DNA from: Octopus vulgaris
Taxonomy: Eukaryota
DNA length: 64,000 nucleotides
Direction of reading: 5' to 3'
Assembly (NCBI GenBank): GCA_951406725.2
Contig: OX597827.1
Coordinates: forward strand, 59,706,001 to 59,770,000
Under the pieces are notes generated by a model. The model was not told the DNA's origin and made no database searches. It saw nothing but the letters and a program-made list of their open reading frames with translations. This document shows, piece by piece, positions 1 to 13,953 of this stretch; the stretch's first letter is position 1; each line of letters starts with the position of its first letter. A program made the translations under genes and the position numbers.

Positions 1-158
1 CGAAGGAGTCAACAGAAATTCGCCATTACCTTCTGCCAGAGCCGTGTAGAGCTTAGGTGTTTCGCTCATAAACAGACACATCGCCTGGTTTGCGATTCGA
101 ACCTGCGATCCCTCGACCGCGAGTCCGCTGCTCTAACCACTAGGCCATGTACATCAAC
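1..158 (-). mobile_element. tRNA-derived SINE, family D variant (5' part)
   Basis: Reverse complement TGGCCTAGTGGTTAG (A box) ... GGTTCGAATC (B box). Homologous to 49249-49538. Confidence 0.8.
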
Positions 159-244
159 ACAGACCTGCATAAAAGAAAACAAGTCTCCAATTTTTTTCTC
201 ATCTGCTGCAATCATTACGGCAATAGAGTTCCATGACGAGTCAT

Positions 245-470
245 AGAGACTCATAGAGCCGGTTTTCCGGATTTTATGGTTCCTGTACACTTCCTTGGAC
301 AGAATACCGGTCCGTCGCAGGAGTACTCATTTTTGCCAGCTTAGTGGACTTGAGCAACATGAAATGAAGTGTTTTGCTCAAGAACACAAATGCGTCACTC
401 AGTCCAGGAATCGAAACCACAATCTTACAATCATGAGTCCAACATACTAACCACCGAACTACGCGTCCCA
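245..470 (-). mobile_element. SINE family C, diverged
   Basis: Homologous to 23190-23435 and 26864-27015 (gtgttttgctcaagaacaca, ggaatcgaaaccacaatctt). Confidence 0.8.
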
Positions 471-529
471 CATTAGAAAAGTAGAAAATATAATTATTTA
501 AAAAATGTAGTCTGAAATAACTCTCTCTA

Positions 530-736
530 CTATAGCTGCAAAGTCTGAAATTTTTGCGGGTAAGGTGACACTCGACTATATTGCCCCCCCCCCCAGTATT
601 CAACTGTTACTGATTTAATCGACATCGGAAGCATACAAAGCGAAGTCAACCTCAGCGGCATTTGAAATCAAAACTTAAAACTGGAAGAAATGCAACTAAG
701 CATTCTATTCGGCGCGATAAAGATTCTTCCAGATCG
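530..736 (-). mobile_element. SINE family A, diverged
   Basis: Degenerate match to family A (aagtcaacctcagcggcatttgaa...ctaagcatt). Confidence 0.7.
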
Positions 737-932
737 TAGCATTTATACAGTCTGATATAATGATATCCGGACGTAGGATTGAAATTATGAAATTAATGAA
801 GTTGGTACGGAAGTTGTGGTGAAAATGAAAGTTCTGGAAATTAACAGGAGTAGAAATGCTACATAGCTAAGTAAAAAATACCGGTTTATATATGTAAGTA
901 TATCTCTCTCCTCTCCCTTTCTCTCTCACTAT

Positions 933-979
<47 letters not shown>

Positions 980-1514
980 GTGTGTGCATATAACTCGGAG
1001 GATGTACAACTCTGCAGTCTCTCATTACTTCCTCTCCCTTCAGCATTTTTCTGAAGAACATATTGTTCGAAACGTTGAATTTTTCAACCAGCACGACATT
1101 TTTTACTGGAATTTTTTATCGATTATACTACATAATGTAATTCTTGCACACGCAGACCAGTATCAGCTTCTTCAGGGTCTGTTTACTGACACACACACAC
1201 ACACATGTTAAAATACGGCATATATATATATATATAAATATTATTATTTCTAAATCTCTCTAAAGGAGAATACGGCAGCAGTACTGGATATTAATAGTTA
1301 TCGCCAAGCTAACATGACAGCCCAGAAAAATAGGACGAATGCTACCTTTGATTAGCTCCAAGAGGCCATCGCTCGCCTCTAGCTGGCTTTGTGACACACA
1401 AACCTGTGCCCGTTACATTCTTCGAACAGGAACAAGAGGAAAATAAAAACAAAATCGGAAGCCCTCTGCCACAGACAGGAAAAAGAAAGGCAATAATGAT
1501 ATTGTTGTACTTAC

Positions 1515-1586
1515 AGCACTTGTAGGTTACTCAATCCTTCGAAGTCAGTCCGACGTATAATGGTAATGTTGTTGCCCTTAAGATCC
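1515..1586 (-). CDS. slit: Slit, coding exon 2 (one 24-aa leucine-rich repeat)
   Basis: Exactly 72 bp. Pyrimidine tract + TCAG acceptor (1590-1587) and GTAAGT donor (1514-1509), phase 2/2. Joins exon 1 as TT|G. Encodes (L)DLKGNNITIIRRTDFEGLSNLQV(L), cf. SLIT2 [25 protein letters not shown]. 72-bp LRR exons are typical of slit genes. Confidence 0.95.
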
Positions 1587-1690
1587 CTGATGGAAGAGAA
1601 ACAAAAGAAAGGGGTGAGATGTGAGTTTGACTGACGGATTAGAAAATATAATAGTAATAATAAAAGCAGCAGCAACAACAACAATAATAA

Positions 1691-1900
1691 TGGTTTCACA
1701 TTTTGGCACAAGGCCAGCAATCCCGGTGTAGGGGATAAATCGATTACATTGAACTCCTACCATCCCCCCCCCCAGTGTTCAACTAGTACTTATTATACTG
1801 ACCCCGAGCGGATGAGAATTAAAGTCGACTTGGGCGGAATTTGAACTCAGAACGTAAAGACGGACGAAATGCCGCTAAGCATTTTGCCCGGCGTACTAAC

Positions 1901-1903
<3 letters not shown>
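1691..1903 (-). mobile_element. SINE family A, followed by (GAT)n to about 2030
   Basis: aaagtcgacttgggcggaatttgaactcagaacgt...gctaagcattttgcccggcgtactaacgat. Confidence 0.85.
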
Positions 1904-1949
<46 letters not shown>

Positions 1950-2428
1950 GTGGTGTGTGATGATGATGATGATGACGATGATGACGATGACGATGATGAC
2001 GATGACGATGATGATGATAATGATGATGATTTCTTTTTATTATAGGGCTATATTTGAAACGAACATCACAAGGACTGACTATAGTTTCGTGGGGGGGGGA
2101 GTAGAGAGAGGGATGTTTACATAAAAGATGAAGAGAAAGACATGTAAAAGACGGTGAGACGAGATAAATGTATGCACGATATAAAAAGTATGCGATAAAC
2201 ATGAATGATGCAGTCCTCTCGATACAGGAGAAACCCCATCAAGCGCCAATCAAGGAACCTCACAGATCCAGGATTATCTTGACCACCAAAGGCCCTCGCC
2301 CTCGCCCAACCGTTGTTTTCCAGTAGACAAGCGCATGCTTAGAGCAGATCTAGCCCGACAACAAAATGATATGCAGACAGAAGAGAAATGAGAGATGTGA
2401 GCTTAGGTTGACAGCCTCGATGGTACTT

Positions 2429-2755
2429 TCTCTTTTACTTGTTTCAGTCATTTGCCTGCGGCCATGCTGGAGCACCGCCTTTAGTCGAGCAAACCAACCC
2501 CAGGACTTATTGTATTTTGATATTTATTTTTGAATAGAAGTGTTGATAAAAGTTTTTGATTGTAAAGTAATGGGTATAGAAATATTTATTTGTATGTACT
2601 GAAAAGGATGAAGATTGTATGGTTTAGCTATAGTACTTGGAAGCCTAGTACTTATTCCATCGGTCTCTTTTGCCGAATCGCTAAGTTACGGGGACGTAAA
2701 CACACCAACATCGGTTGTCAAGCGATGGTGGGGCGACAAACAGAGACACATACAT

Positions 2756-2790
<35 letters not shown>

Positions 2791-2916
2791 CATATATACG
2801 ACAGGCTTCTTTCAGTTTCCGTCTACCAAATCCACACACAAGGCTTTAATCGACCCGAGGCTACAGTAGAAGACACTTGCCCAAGGTGCCATGCAGTGGG
2901 ACTGAACCCAGAACCA
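2429..2916 (-). mobile_element. SINE family B with a ~130-bp foreign insertion
   Basis: Matches the other B copies. Interrupted at about 2512-2640 between ggacttatt and aagcctagtacttattc. Confidence 0.9.
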
Positions 2917-3180
2917 CTCCATAATAATGGTTTCAAATTTTGTCTAGTCCGCTAACGATTCTACCAGATCGCCTTCTCAAGATAAATGACTTTTGATTTA
3001 AGTACAAGGTCATTAGTTTTGAGGGGAGGGGCCTGGACGATACCATCGACCCTAGTAGTTGACTGGTATTTTATTTTGTCGGCTACCAAGTAGCATTAAA
3101 GGCAAATTTAACGTCGGCGGGATTTGAATTCGCAATATAAGGAGAGTTAACTAAATATTCAGAAATCATTTTTACGGCCC

Positions 3181-3372
3181 AGGTGGTGCTGGTGGCGCTG
3201 TAAATGGTGATGGTCATGGTGACGTTGCTGTTGGTGGTGGTGGTGGTGGTGATTGTGGCAATGTTATTTTACTGGAACTAGTTGCGGCATTAGCAGCAGC
3301 AACAGCAGCAGCAGTGGTAGTAGTAGTAGTAGTTGCAGCTGCAGCAGTAGTAGTTGCAGCAGCAGCAGTAGC

Positions 3373-3422
<50 letters not shown>

Positions 3423-3545
3423 CAGTAGTAGTAGTAGAAGTGATGGTAGGGGTAGGTGTTATGAAGGATTGCTGTTGGGAAAAAATTGTTTTTGTTAATG
3501 TACAGGGTTGGTAGGAGGGCCAAATATTTTGCTGCAGAATACATT

Positions 3546-3595
<50 letters not shown>

Positions 3596-3990
3596 CACAC
3601 GTACAACACACCCGCACGCACACACATGCACACACATACACATGCACACACACACACATGCACCCACACGTCCGCACACACATGCATACACACATTCATA
3701 CTCACACATGCGTACACACATATATACACATACATACATACATAAATACATACATGCATGCATGCATATACGTACATCACACATACATACCTACCTACTG
3801 TCCTACATACATACATTCATACATACATACATACATACATACATACATACATACATACATACATACATACATACATGCATGCATATACGTACATCACACA
3901 TACATACATACATACATTCATTCATACATACATACATACATACATACATACATACATACATACATACATACATACATACATACATACCCT
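3181..3990. repeat. Compound microsatellite (GGT/CAG/TAG)n, then (CA)n/(TACA)n
   Basis: Directly visible. Confidence 0.95.
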
Positions 3991-4199
3991 TATATACATT
4001 TACACGTGCACAGTGCTTGAACATGCATCAGACATACAGAAAGACAGACACATAAATAACCAACAAAGAATCCGACACATACACACGCACACACGTGTGT
4101 GTATGCACACACACACACGTATACATGCAGTACATACGCACAGGCTTTCTGTAAAGCAAAAGGAAGCTGCGAAAAACAAACTTTGAGTCACATACATAG

Positions 4200-4413
4200 G
4201 TATTCAGTTCTACTCTAGGCACCGGGCCTGAAAAATTTGGAGGAGGGGGGGCCAGTTGATTAGATCGACCCCAGTATGCAACTGGTACTTAATTTATCGA
4301 CCCCGAAAGGATGAAAGGTGAAGTGGACCTTGGCAGAATTTGAACTCAGAACGTAAAGACAGACGAAATGCCGCTAAGCATTTCGCCTAACGTCACAACG
4401 ATCCTGCCAGCTC
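4200..4413 (-). mobile_element. SINE family A
   Basis: atcgaccccgaaaggatgaaagg...gaatttgaactcagaacg...ctgccagctc. Confidence 0.9.
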
Positions 4414-4578
4414 AGCGTGGCTGTGTGGTAAGTAGCTTGCTTACCAGTCACATGGTTCCGGGTTCAGTACCACTGCGTGGTACCTTGGGCAAGTGTCTTC
4501 TACTATAGCCTCGAGCCGACCAAAGCCTTGTGAGTGGATTTGGTAGACGAAAACTGAAAGAAGCCTGTCGTATGTATG

Positions 4579-4637
<59 letters not shown>

Positions 4638-4850
4638 GTGTGTGAGTGTTTGTGTCTGTGTTTGCCTCCCCCCAACATCGTTTGACAACCGATGCTGGTG
4701 TTTTTACGTTCCCGTACCTAGCAGTTCGGCAAAAGAAACCGATAGAATAAGTACTAGGCTTCTAAAGAATAAGTCCTGGGTCGATATGCTCTATTAAAGG
4801 CAGTCCACCAGCATGGCCGCAGTCAAAAAACTGAAACAAGTAAAAGAGTA
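4414..4850 (+). mobile_element. SINE family B (tRNA head, internal (TA)n/(TG)n, ACAAGTAAAAGAGTAA tail)
   Basis: A box TGGCTGTGTGG, B box GGTTCAGTACC. More than 10 homologous copies in the window. Confidence 0.92.
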
Positions 4851-5715
4851 ATAGATTTTGTATGACAAAAAGTATGCTATGGAGCACAAATATTGAGGCA
4901 TACTCATACTGTATGGCAAGAAGTGTGCCATAGAGGGCAACGGTTGTGGTACACAGATTTATTTAACAAGGAAAATGTCATGGAGGACAAAGTCACACAC
5001 ACAGACACACACATACACACAAACACACACACACATACATAGACACACACACATACCCACTGCACAGCAGAGGAAAGCCATGGAGAACAAACTTTGAGTG
5101 ACATACATACACAGTGTATGGCACGAAATATGCCATGGGGAGCCAAAATCTGAAGTACACAGATTTATTTGACAAGAGAAATGCCACGGAGGATAAAGGC
5201 ACGCAAACTGAGGCACAAATACACACAAAGGCATACAAACACACACACATACACACACACATATACACACACATACACTTATACACACATACACACAAAC
5301 ACACGCATGCGCGCGAGTACACAGACACAGACACACACTGTACGGCAAAACGATCAACTGCACAGATGGCTTTCATTTTACACCGTGTTTCTCACGAAAC
5401 AGACCCTGGCCGCGGCGTGGTGTAACGTTTGTATGGCGTAGTGTTGTAATGTAGTGTTGTGTTGTGTTGTGGTGTTGTACCATGTGCGTAGGGTCGGGAT
5501 TGGGGTTGGGGTTGGGTGGGGGTGTAAGCAAGAGAGAGACGCAAAAAAAAAAAATAGGCCGAGCGAGGACGATTTGAAGGTGGTTGCAGCTGTGGTGCAA
5601 GTGGTGACGATGGGGAGGGGAGTGACGGTAGTGATGATGATGATGATCATTTGTATCTCTCTCTCTTTATCTATCTATCCATCTATACACGCGCGCACAC
5701 GCACACACACACACA

Positions 5716-5787
<72 letters not shown>

Positions 5788-5831
5788 CATACATACATGC
5801 ATGCATACATATATATACATATATACATATG

Positions 5832-5921
<90 letters not shown>

Positions 5922-6050
5922 CACACATACATATATATATATATATATATTTAAAAGAACGAAATGTCGCTAAGCATTTTACTCGGTGTGCTTACGCTTC
6001 CCCCAACTCACAACCTAATGCAGATAATAATAATAATAATAATAATAATG

Positions 6051-6153
<103 letters not shown>

Positions 6154-6882
6154 GCAGTAGGTGGTTGTTGTTGTTGCTCTTATTCATATTATTGTTGTTG
6201 TTGTTGTTGTTTTTAAAGTTGTTATGGTGATGATTGGAGTAGGAAGAGGAAAAGACAAGGGAGAGGTAAAGGATGAGGCTAATTACAAAAATTTTGCCAG
6301 GGTCCTAGTCCAATAATAATCACGAAAAATTCTGTAAGAATAAGTAAATTATAATAGAAGCAGCAACAGCAACAACAACGGAGACAATAGCAACAACAAC
6401 AACTATCACAGCATTAATGAAAACAACTGCAACAATACTGAAAATGTAACACCAACGTCTGCAATATAGCGACATCATCATCATCAGCAGCAGCAGCAAC
6501 CAAAGCAATAACAGCAACAATTCCGATAGGAATAAAATTCAACGTCGTCTACAATACGAACAACACCATCATCATCAACAACAACAACAGGAAGAAAAAA
6601 TGGCAAAAACAACGACGATGATTGATATATCAGCTTCAACAATGGCGGTTATCGTTTTGAATAAGAACGGCGGCAACGGCAAAGACAATGGAGATCAGCA
6701 AGAATAACGAGAGAACAACACTTCAAAAGCAGAAACAAAACAAATATCTGCTGCAGCTACGGAAGAAGAAAAAATGGCGGCGACGATAATAACCAATAAG
6801 ATTAATATCATCGTCGTCAACAAAATATAAAACGGAACAGATATATAATAATCAAAATTGACTTCAAGAATGACAACAACAA

Positions 6883-7393
6883 GGCGGCGAGCTGGCAGAA
6901 ACGTTAGCACACCGGGCGAAATGTTTAGCGGTATTTCGTCTGCTGTTACGTTCTGAGTTCAAATTCCGCCGAGGTCGACTTTGCCCTTCATCCTTTCGGG
7001 GTCGATTAAATAAGTGCCAGTTACGCACTGGGGTCGATGTAATCGACTTAATCCGTTTGTCTGTCCTTGTTTGTCCTCTCTGTGTTTAGCCCCTTGTGGG
7101 TAGTAAAGAAATAGGCATTTCGTCCGCCGGTACGTTCAGTGTTCAAATTCCACCGAGGTCAACTTTGCCTTTCATCCTTTCGGGGTCGATAAATTAAGTA
7201 CCAGTTACGCACTGGGGTCGAGGTAATCGACTTAATCCGTTTGTCTGTCCTTGTTTGTCCTCTCTATGTTTAGCCCCTTGTGGGCAATAAAGAAATAAAA
7301 AACGTCAGCACGCCGTCGAAATGCTGAGTGGTATTTCGTCTGCCGTTACGTTCTGAGTTCAAATTCCACCGAGGTCTACTTTGCCTTTCATCT
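6883..7393 (+). mobile_element. SINE family A tandem trimer (long-tail subfamily)
   Basis: GGCGGCGAGCTGGCAGAAACGTTAGC head, GAGTTCAAATTCC B box and gcctttcatcctttcggggtcgat core occur three times. The core resembles the MetaSINE/Sauria-type central domain (from memory). Confidence 0.92.
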
Positions 7394-7778
7394 TCATTTT
7401 TAACAATGAGGCTTTGAGTTCAAGCTACAACACAATCCATCACATTATCCTCGAAAATACCATCTGACTATGGACGTTTAACAATAAGTGCGGTGCGGCT
7501 GCAAATTGGCCCCCGATCAGTATACGAATTGTTGCCAGAGACTTCTAAGTAGGAAGTTTATTCTGGCAGATGAATCCGCCGCTGGCGAAACAACGATGTT
7601 ACTGCTAACAAAATTGCAATAAATGTTAGACTTACAGACATATGTTGAATATTTTATTTGGTCAATGTTAACTGTTTTAATGTATTTTAAATCTCTTATC
7701 TGTAAACCTGTACGCTTCGTTTGTATGTTGGTCTGTGTTTGTATGAGCGTATATATGCATGTAAGCACGTATGTGTAC

Positions 7779-7826
<48 letters not shown>

Positions 7827-8483
7827 GTATTTATACGTGTGTCTGCATGATTAACAAGTCTTGCGGATCGTGCGCTGGAGTGCGTAGCAACTTGTGCTTA
7901 CAGTCACTTCACATGGAGATGTATATATATTTATATAAACACACACACGCACGCACGCACGCACACATGTATATATATATACATCACACACATATACATA
8001 TATATACATAGATACACACACGTGTGTGTTGTGTGTATACATGTACGTATGCTTACAACAGAAACCTATTTTTATAAATCTCTGTACTAAAGAATGCATA
8101 AATATTGCATGGATAACACACACACACACACATATACACACACATATATACATACATACGCAGGCACGCACGCACGCGCACACAGACACACACTGATAGA
8201 TGATGGCCAAAATATCGTGCTGAAATATTTCAAAACCCAAGAAAAGACACGCAACGCTTCCACTTCCATCCAAAATACAGTACACACACAATCGCACAGA
8301 CATTGCATGAACAACCCTAGAATGTTTGTGGTATTACTGATATTGTTAGAGAAAGAGAAGGATAAAGATAAAAACTATATATACACACACAAGATAGAGA
8401 AACAGGGCAGACGGAGAAGAAGGGTCGCTTGCAACAAAGAAAAAAAAATAGCATAAAAAAACAATAAAAAAATATACCAAAAC

Positions 8484-8514
<31 letters not shown>

Positions 8515-8911
8515 GAGCGGACATAAAATGAATGAGGGAATGAGTTGGGGGTTAGGGAACAAAACGGGAGCCAGTAGGATTCCGTGTCTTAACTAAACCT
8601 CACAATGACGCTTAGCTCCCTTCTAAACATACCCAGCCCCCCAAACCTACGAAAAAATGTTTTGTTTAAGTTACATTGAGGTTTTCTATTGGAATGTATA
8701 TCTTATGGGACTTTGGTGAGCAGAAATAGTTTTTTTTTTTTTATTTCATTTGGTAAAGGGTTTTTTTTTGTTCTTTGGTTTATTTTTTATTATTTTTGTT
8801 TCTTGGTTGGCTTCTTGTATGTCTTAGAAGAAAGGATGTTAAACACGTAAGATTGTATGTATGTATGTATGTATGTATGTATGTATGTATGTATGTATGT
8901 ATGTATGTATG

Positions 8912-8942
<31 letters not shown>

Positions 8943-9519
8943 GTATGCATGTATGCATATATGTATGTATATATGTATGTATGTAGGTATGTATGTATGT
9001 ATGCATGTATGTATGTATGTATATATGTATGTATAGTTGTATGTATGTATATATGTATGTACGTATGTAAGTACATACATATGTATATATGAACATAACA
9101 TTAATATAAATATATGAATATGTATAACTATATCTATAAATAAACACAAACATACACATACACACACACACGCACATATTTATATTTATAATTATATTTA
9201 TATATCCATATGCATAGATATGTCTATATATATATATATATATATGGGTGTGTGTGTGTGTATAAGGGTATGAATATGTGTAGATATGTATGTATATATA
9301 TATATATATATATATGTATATGTATATACATACATGTATGTATATACATACATATATATATATATACATGTATGTATATACATACATATATATATATATA
9401 TGTATATATACGGGTAAGTATGTATAGATGTCTTGGTGGGTACAGATATGTAAAAATATAGTTATTTGTGTACTTATATAATACAATCACATACCACACA
9501 AGCATACTCAAACACACAC

Positions 9520-9597
<78 letters not shown>

Positions 9598-9615
9598 GCA
9601 TATATACATACATGC

Positions 9616-9650
<35 letters not shown>

Positions 9651-9693
9651 TATATATATACATATATATATATGCATATATATATATACATAT

Positions 9694-9733
<40 letters not shown>

Positions 9734-9776
9734 TGGCAAATAAATTCTACGAAATTTTTTGCCACCCTATATTGAT

Positions 9777-9814
<38 letters not shown>

Positions 9815-9991
9815 TATATATATATATTCATATGGGGGCGGGATTGAGAGGACAGAAGACAGACACAGAAAGCGGGAGATGGAAAAAGTATAACAGGGAG
9901 GTATATGTATACGTGTATATGTGTATGTAAGTATGTGTATATATATATATTTCTGTACATACATACGCACATACATATGTACATACATACA

Positions 9992-10044
<53 letters not shown>

Positions 10045-10214
10045 CTAACATAGGATAGAATGAAATTTAAACTTCCTACATACTTTGGAGACTTACAGCA
10101 TTCACTCAAACATAACAGACACACATCATGCACACATACACGTATATACACAAGCATACTTATACATGCGTAGACATACCCAGAAACACTCACTCACACA
10201 CACACAAACACACA

Positions 10215-10261
<47 letters not shown>

Positions 10262-11064
10262 GCGCACACATGTGGTTTTCGACTAGTTTACAATTTACTT
10301 ATCGTTTCAAAATTTTGCCCATGATTTGGGGATTGTCAAAGACGAAACAGAATGTAATTTATTATTTTTTTTTTCTCCAAACTTTTGCACTGTTAAGTGG
10401 CTTTGATTACCTTTCTGTTTACACTTTCACACACATGCAAACATATAAACATATAGACACACGTATACATAACCTCACACGTGTACACACGCATACGCAC
10501 ACACACAGATATATATAAATAGAATACTTTAAGAATAAACTTATTGTACAAGAGAACTGACAACTGGGAATATAAAGAACTCAATGGTAGGAAAGAGTAA
10601 TATTAGAGTAATATGAGAATAATACAAAAAACATTTGTAAAGCTGAAAAGATTGAGGATTATTATAAACTCTCGTTTCATCTTTCACATTATCAAACTGA
10701 AAAGTGTAACGTCTGAAAATATGTTACGTAATATATGATGATAGCTAAATGGATAGATTAAACTGCAGAGAGAATGGAAATGGTGTTGAGAAAGGGAAGA
10801 AAACAAAAAAATTAGAAAAGAGAAATGTTTGGGATGATTTACGGTGAATCAGGTGCATCGATCAAAATGGCGGAATTTAAGATATTGAGCGATGTGTGAT
10901 TTTGTTTAAATTGTTACACAACGGTTATGTTGAAATAAATCGGACCAAACCGTTTGTAAAATTAATAGCTCCTATCTATGATAAAAACGCCTGTTGAGAA
11001 AGAAACATAGTTTGTATATGTGAGTATATACATATACACACACGCACACAACGAATACACATAC

Positions 11065-11178
<114 letters not shown>

Positions 11179-11855
11179 AAAATGTGTGTATATATATATA
11201 TGTATACACATGCAAATGCATACACAAAATCATATATGTTCCATTATAATACATATACACATATATATATGCTCATATGCACATACATATACGCATATAT
11301 AAGTACATGTGCATATGTGTGTTTGTATGCATTTAAGTATACTTGTATTTATAAATGCATCTATATATAAATTATATGTGTGTGTCTGTATAATATACAT
11401 TCATACTTATACATAGATATACATATATATATATGTATACGCACACACTCACACACACATTCATATTGCTAACGTACACCCATAGCTATGCGTGCACGTA
11501 AATGTATGTATACCGTGCGTATGTTTACGTATGTGTATACGTATGTGTATACATATCAATAAATTTGAACAAGTCTACAGTGAGGTTTACAAAGATTCCT
11601 CGACCCAGATTATTATTGGCGTCAGACAGTCTGATAGATAAGCCCTGATTCCACCTCTTCTGGATAGGGACCTACGATTTCGCAGGTGACATTCATCAAA
11701 AAGATCTGATAACTACTCCTTAGAATTTGGTAGCCATAAGCGAAGCCGAAACATCTGGTCACAAATCGAAGTCCATTCTCTGACAGAAATGCTATGGCGA
11801 GTTTGGAACATGGCTTTGTGATTAAGGTCGTTGGACACATCTTAATATTGTTTAA

Positions 11856-12077
11856 CACTTTTATTACTGTATATATTTTGAGATGCTCTGTGTTTCTTTC
11901 AATCAATTTGAAATATAACAAAGAATTTAGTAAAATAACTTAGTTATCATTCAGCTAGTGTTAGGAACATAAACTGTGACTAAGGTTTGGTGGAAGATTT
12001 TAATTCAAAACTTATGAAAACAAGAAATTTGTACTATAGAGCCAGAGGCGGTTTCAGCTGGGTTAGTATCAAAAAGG
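11856..12077. mobile_element. piggyBac-like MITE
   Basis: TTAA at 11852-55 and 12078-81. Degenerate TIRs cacttttattac / gtatcaaaaagg. Confidence 0.6.
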
Positions 12078-12081
12078 TTAA

Positions 12082-12450
12082 GGCCGTGAGCTGGCAGAAT
12101 CGTTAGCACGTCGGGCAAAATGCTTCGCGGTATTTTGCCTGCCGCTACGTTCAAATTCCACCGAGGTCGACTTTGCCTTTTATCCTTTCAGAGTCGATAA
12201 ATTAAGTACCAGTGAAACACTGGGGTCGATGTAATCGACTTATCCCCTCTTTCAAAATTGCTGCCCTTGTAGCAAAATTTGAAACGATTATCGTAAGACT
12301 GTGGTCTTGATTCCTGGACTGAGCAATGTATTGTGTCTTTGAACAAAACACTTGATTTCAACTTGTTACAGTTCACTCAGCGGGTAAAAGTGTGTAATCC
12401 TACGACAGACTAACAGTCCAGGTGGAGAATATATACACCATGAACCTTTA
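12082..12450 (+). mobile_element. SINE A (to about 12288) followed by a 5'-truncated SINE C
   Basis: Homology to the other copies. Confidence 0.82.
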
Positions 12451-12596
12451 TAACCCGGGGGGAACCGTATTCAGTTTTATCTTTTGGTCATTTTTTGGTC
12501 ATAAGCCGAGTAAAAAATAAAACAGAAAAACGCATTGCTCACTTTGTGGAACATGATTGTCTAACACTTGGAGATCGCTGGACACGCGCGCGCGCG

Positions 12597-12644
<48 letters not shown>

Positions 12645-12834
12645 AACACACACACACATGCATAAGCATGCATGTGGGTGATTGTCAGAGTGTGTGTATG
12701 TGTTTAAAATTTCATGTAAGCATGTATATATATGGACGTATACATACATATATACATATATATACATACATGTGGTCACATATTAAAGCACGCCTACATA
12801 CATAAATGAAACAATATTATATGTAAATATATTG

Positions 12835-12880
<46 letters not shown>

Positions 12881-12935
12881 CAATATACATACGTATACAC
12901 ATACGTATATATATACACATACGTATACACATACG

Positions 12936-12974
<39 letters not shown>

Positions 12975-12990
12975 TTATATATGTATATAC

Positions 12991-13358
12991 TCCTTTACTT
13001 GTTTCAGTCATTTGACTGCGGCCATGCTGGAGCACCGCATTTTAGTCGAGCAAAGCCTAGTACTTATTCTATCGTTCTCTTATGCCGAACCGCTAACGGA
13101 CGGGGACGTAAACACACCACCATCGGTTGTCAAGCGATGTTGGGGAAACAAACACAGACACACAAACACACACACACACACATATATATACATATAGATA
13201 TATACGACGGGCTTCTTTAAGTTTCCGTCTACCAAATCCACTCACAAGCCTTTGGTCGACCCGAAGATATAGTAGAAGACACTTGCCCAATGTGCCACGC
13301 CGTGGGACTGAACCCGGAACCATATGGTTGGTAAGTAAGCTACTTACCACACAGCCAT
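12991..13358 (-). mobile_element. SINE family B
   Basis: Near full-length reverse complement of the B consensus. Confidence 0.92.
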
Positions 13359-13433
13359 TCATAATTATGTGTGTGTGTTTATGTATAATATAAGTATGTA
13401 TATATATATATATATATATACAAACATACATTA

Positions 13434-13492
<59 letters not shown>

Positions 13493-13752
13493 ATATATGT
13501 GTGTGTGTGTGTATCAGCAGTCAAGTGCGAAATACATTCTGTGTTTATCTAAGTTTACGGGTATTTGTGTATTTTCTGAGTATGTGTGTGTTTGTGTGTG
13601 TGCGCGTATTTATGTATATGTGCGTAACCCTATTTACCAATTAAGACATTCCGATCTGCCTGATATGTCATGGCAGCCAGAGAATAACAATTGCCTGCCG
13701 CTTCATGTTCCAGCTTAAGTCTCCCTCCATTTCTTACTCTACAATACTTATG

Positions 13753-13786
<34 letters not shown>

Positions 13787-13910
13787 TGTATGTATGTATG
13801 TATGCATGTATGTATGTATGTATGTATGTATGTATGTATGTATGTATGTATGTATGTATGTATGTATGTATGTATTTATGTATGTATTTATGTATGTATG
13901 TATGAGCATG

Positions 13911-13953
<43 letters not shown>

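Noticed and set aside
1587-1720. Upstream part of ORF 1511..1720
   Set aside because: Intronic (pyrimidine tract, triplet repeats, SINE tail). Only 1515-1586 is exon.
4448-4688. Recurrent ORF peptide [31 protein letters not shown]
   Set aside because: Antisense translation of SINE B, not a gene family.
11600-11835. Possible degenerate mariner transposase (AFLSENGLRFV / LWLPNS)
   Set aside because: Too little motif identity to call by eye.
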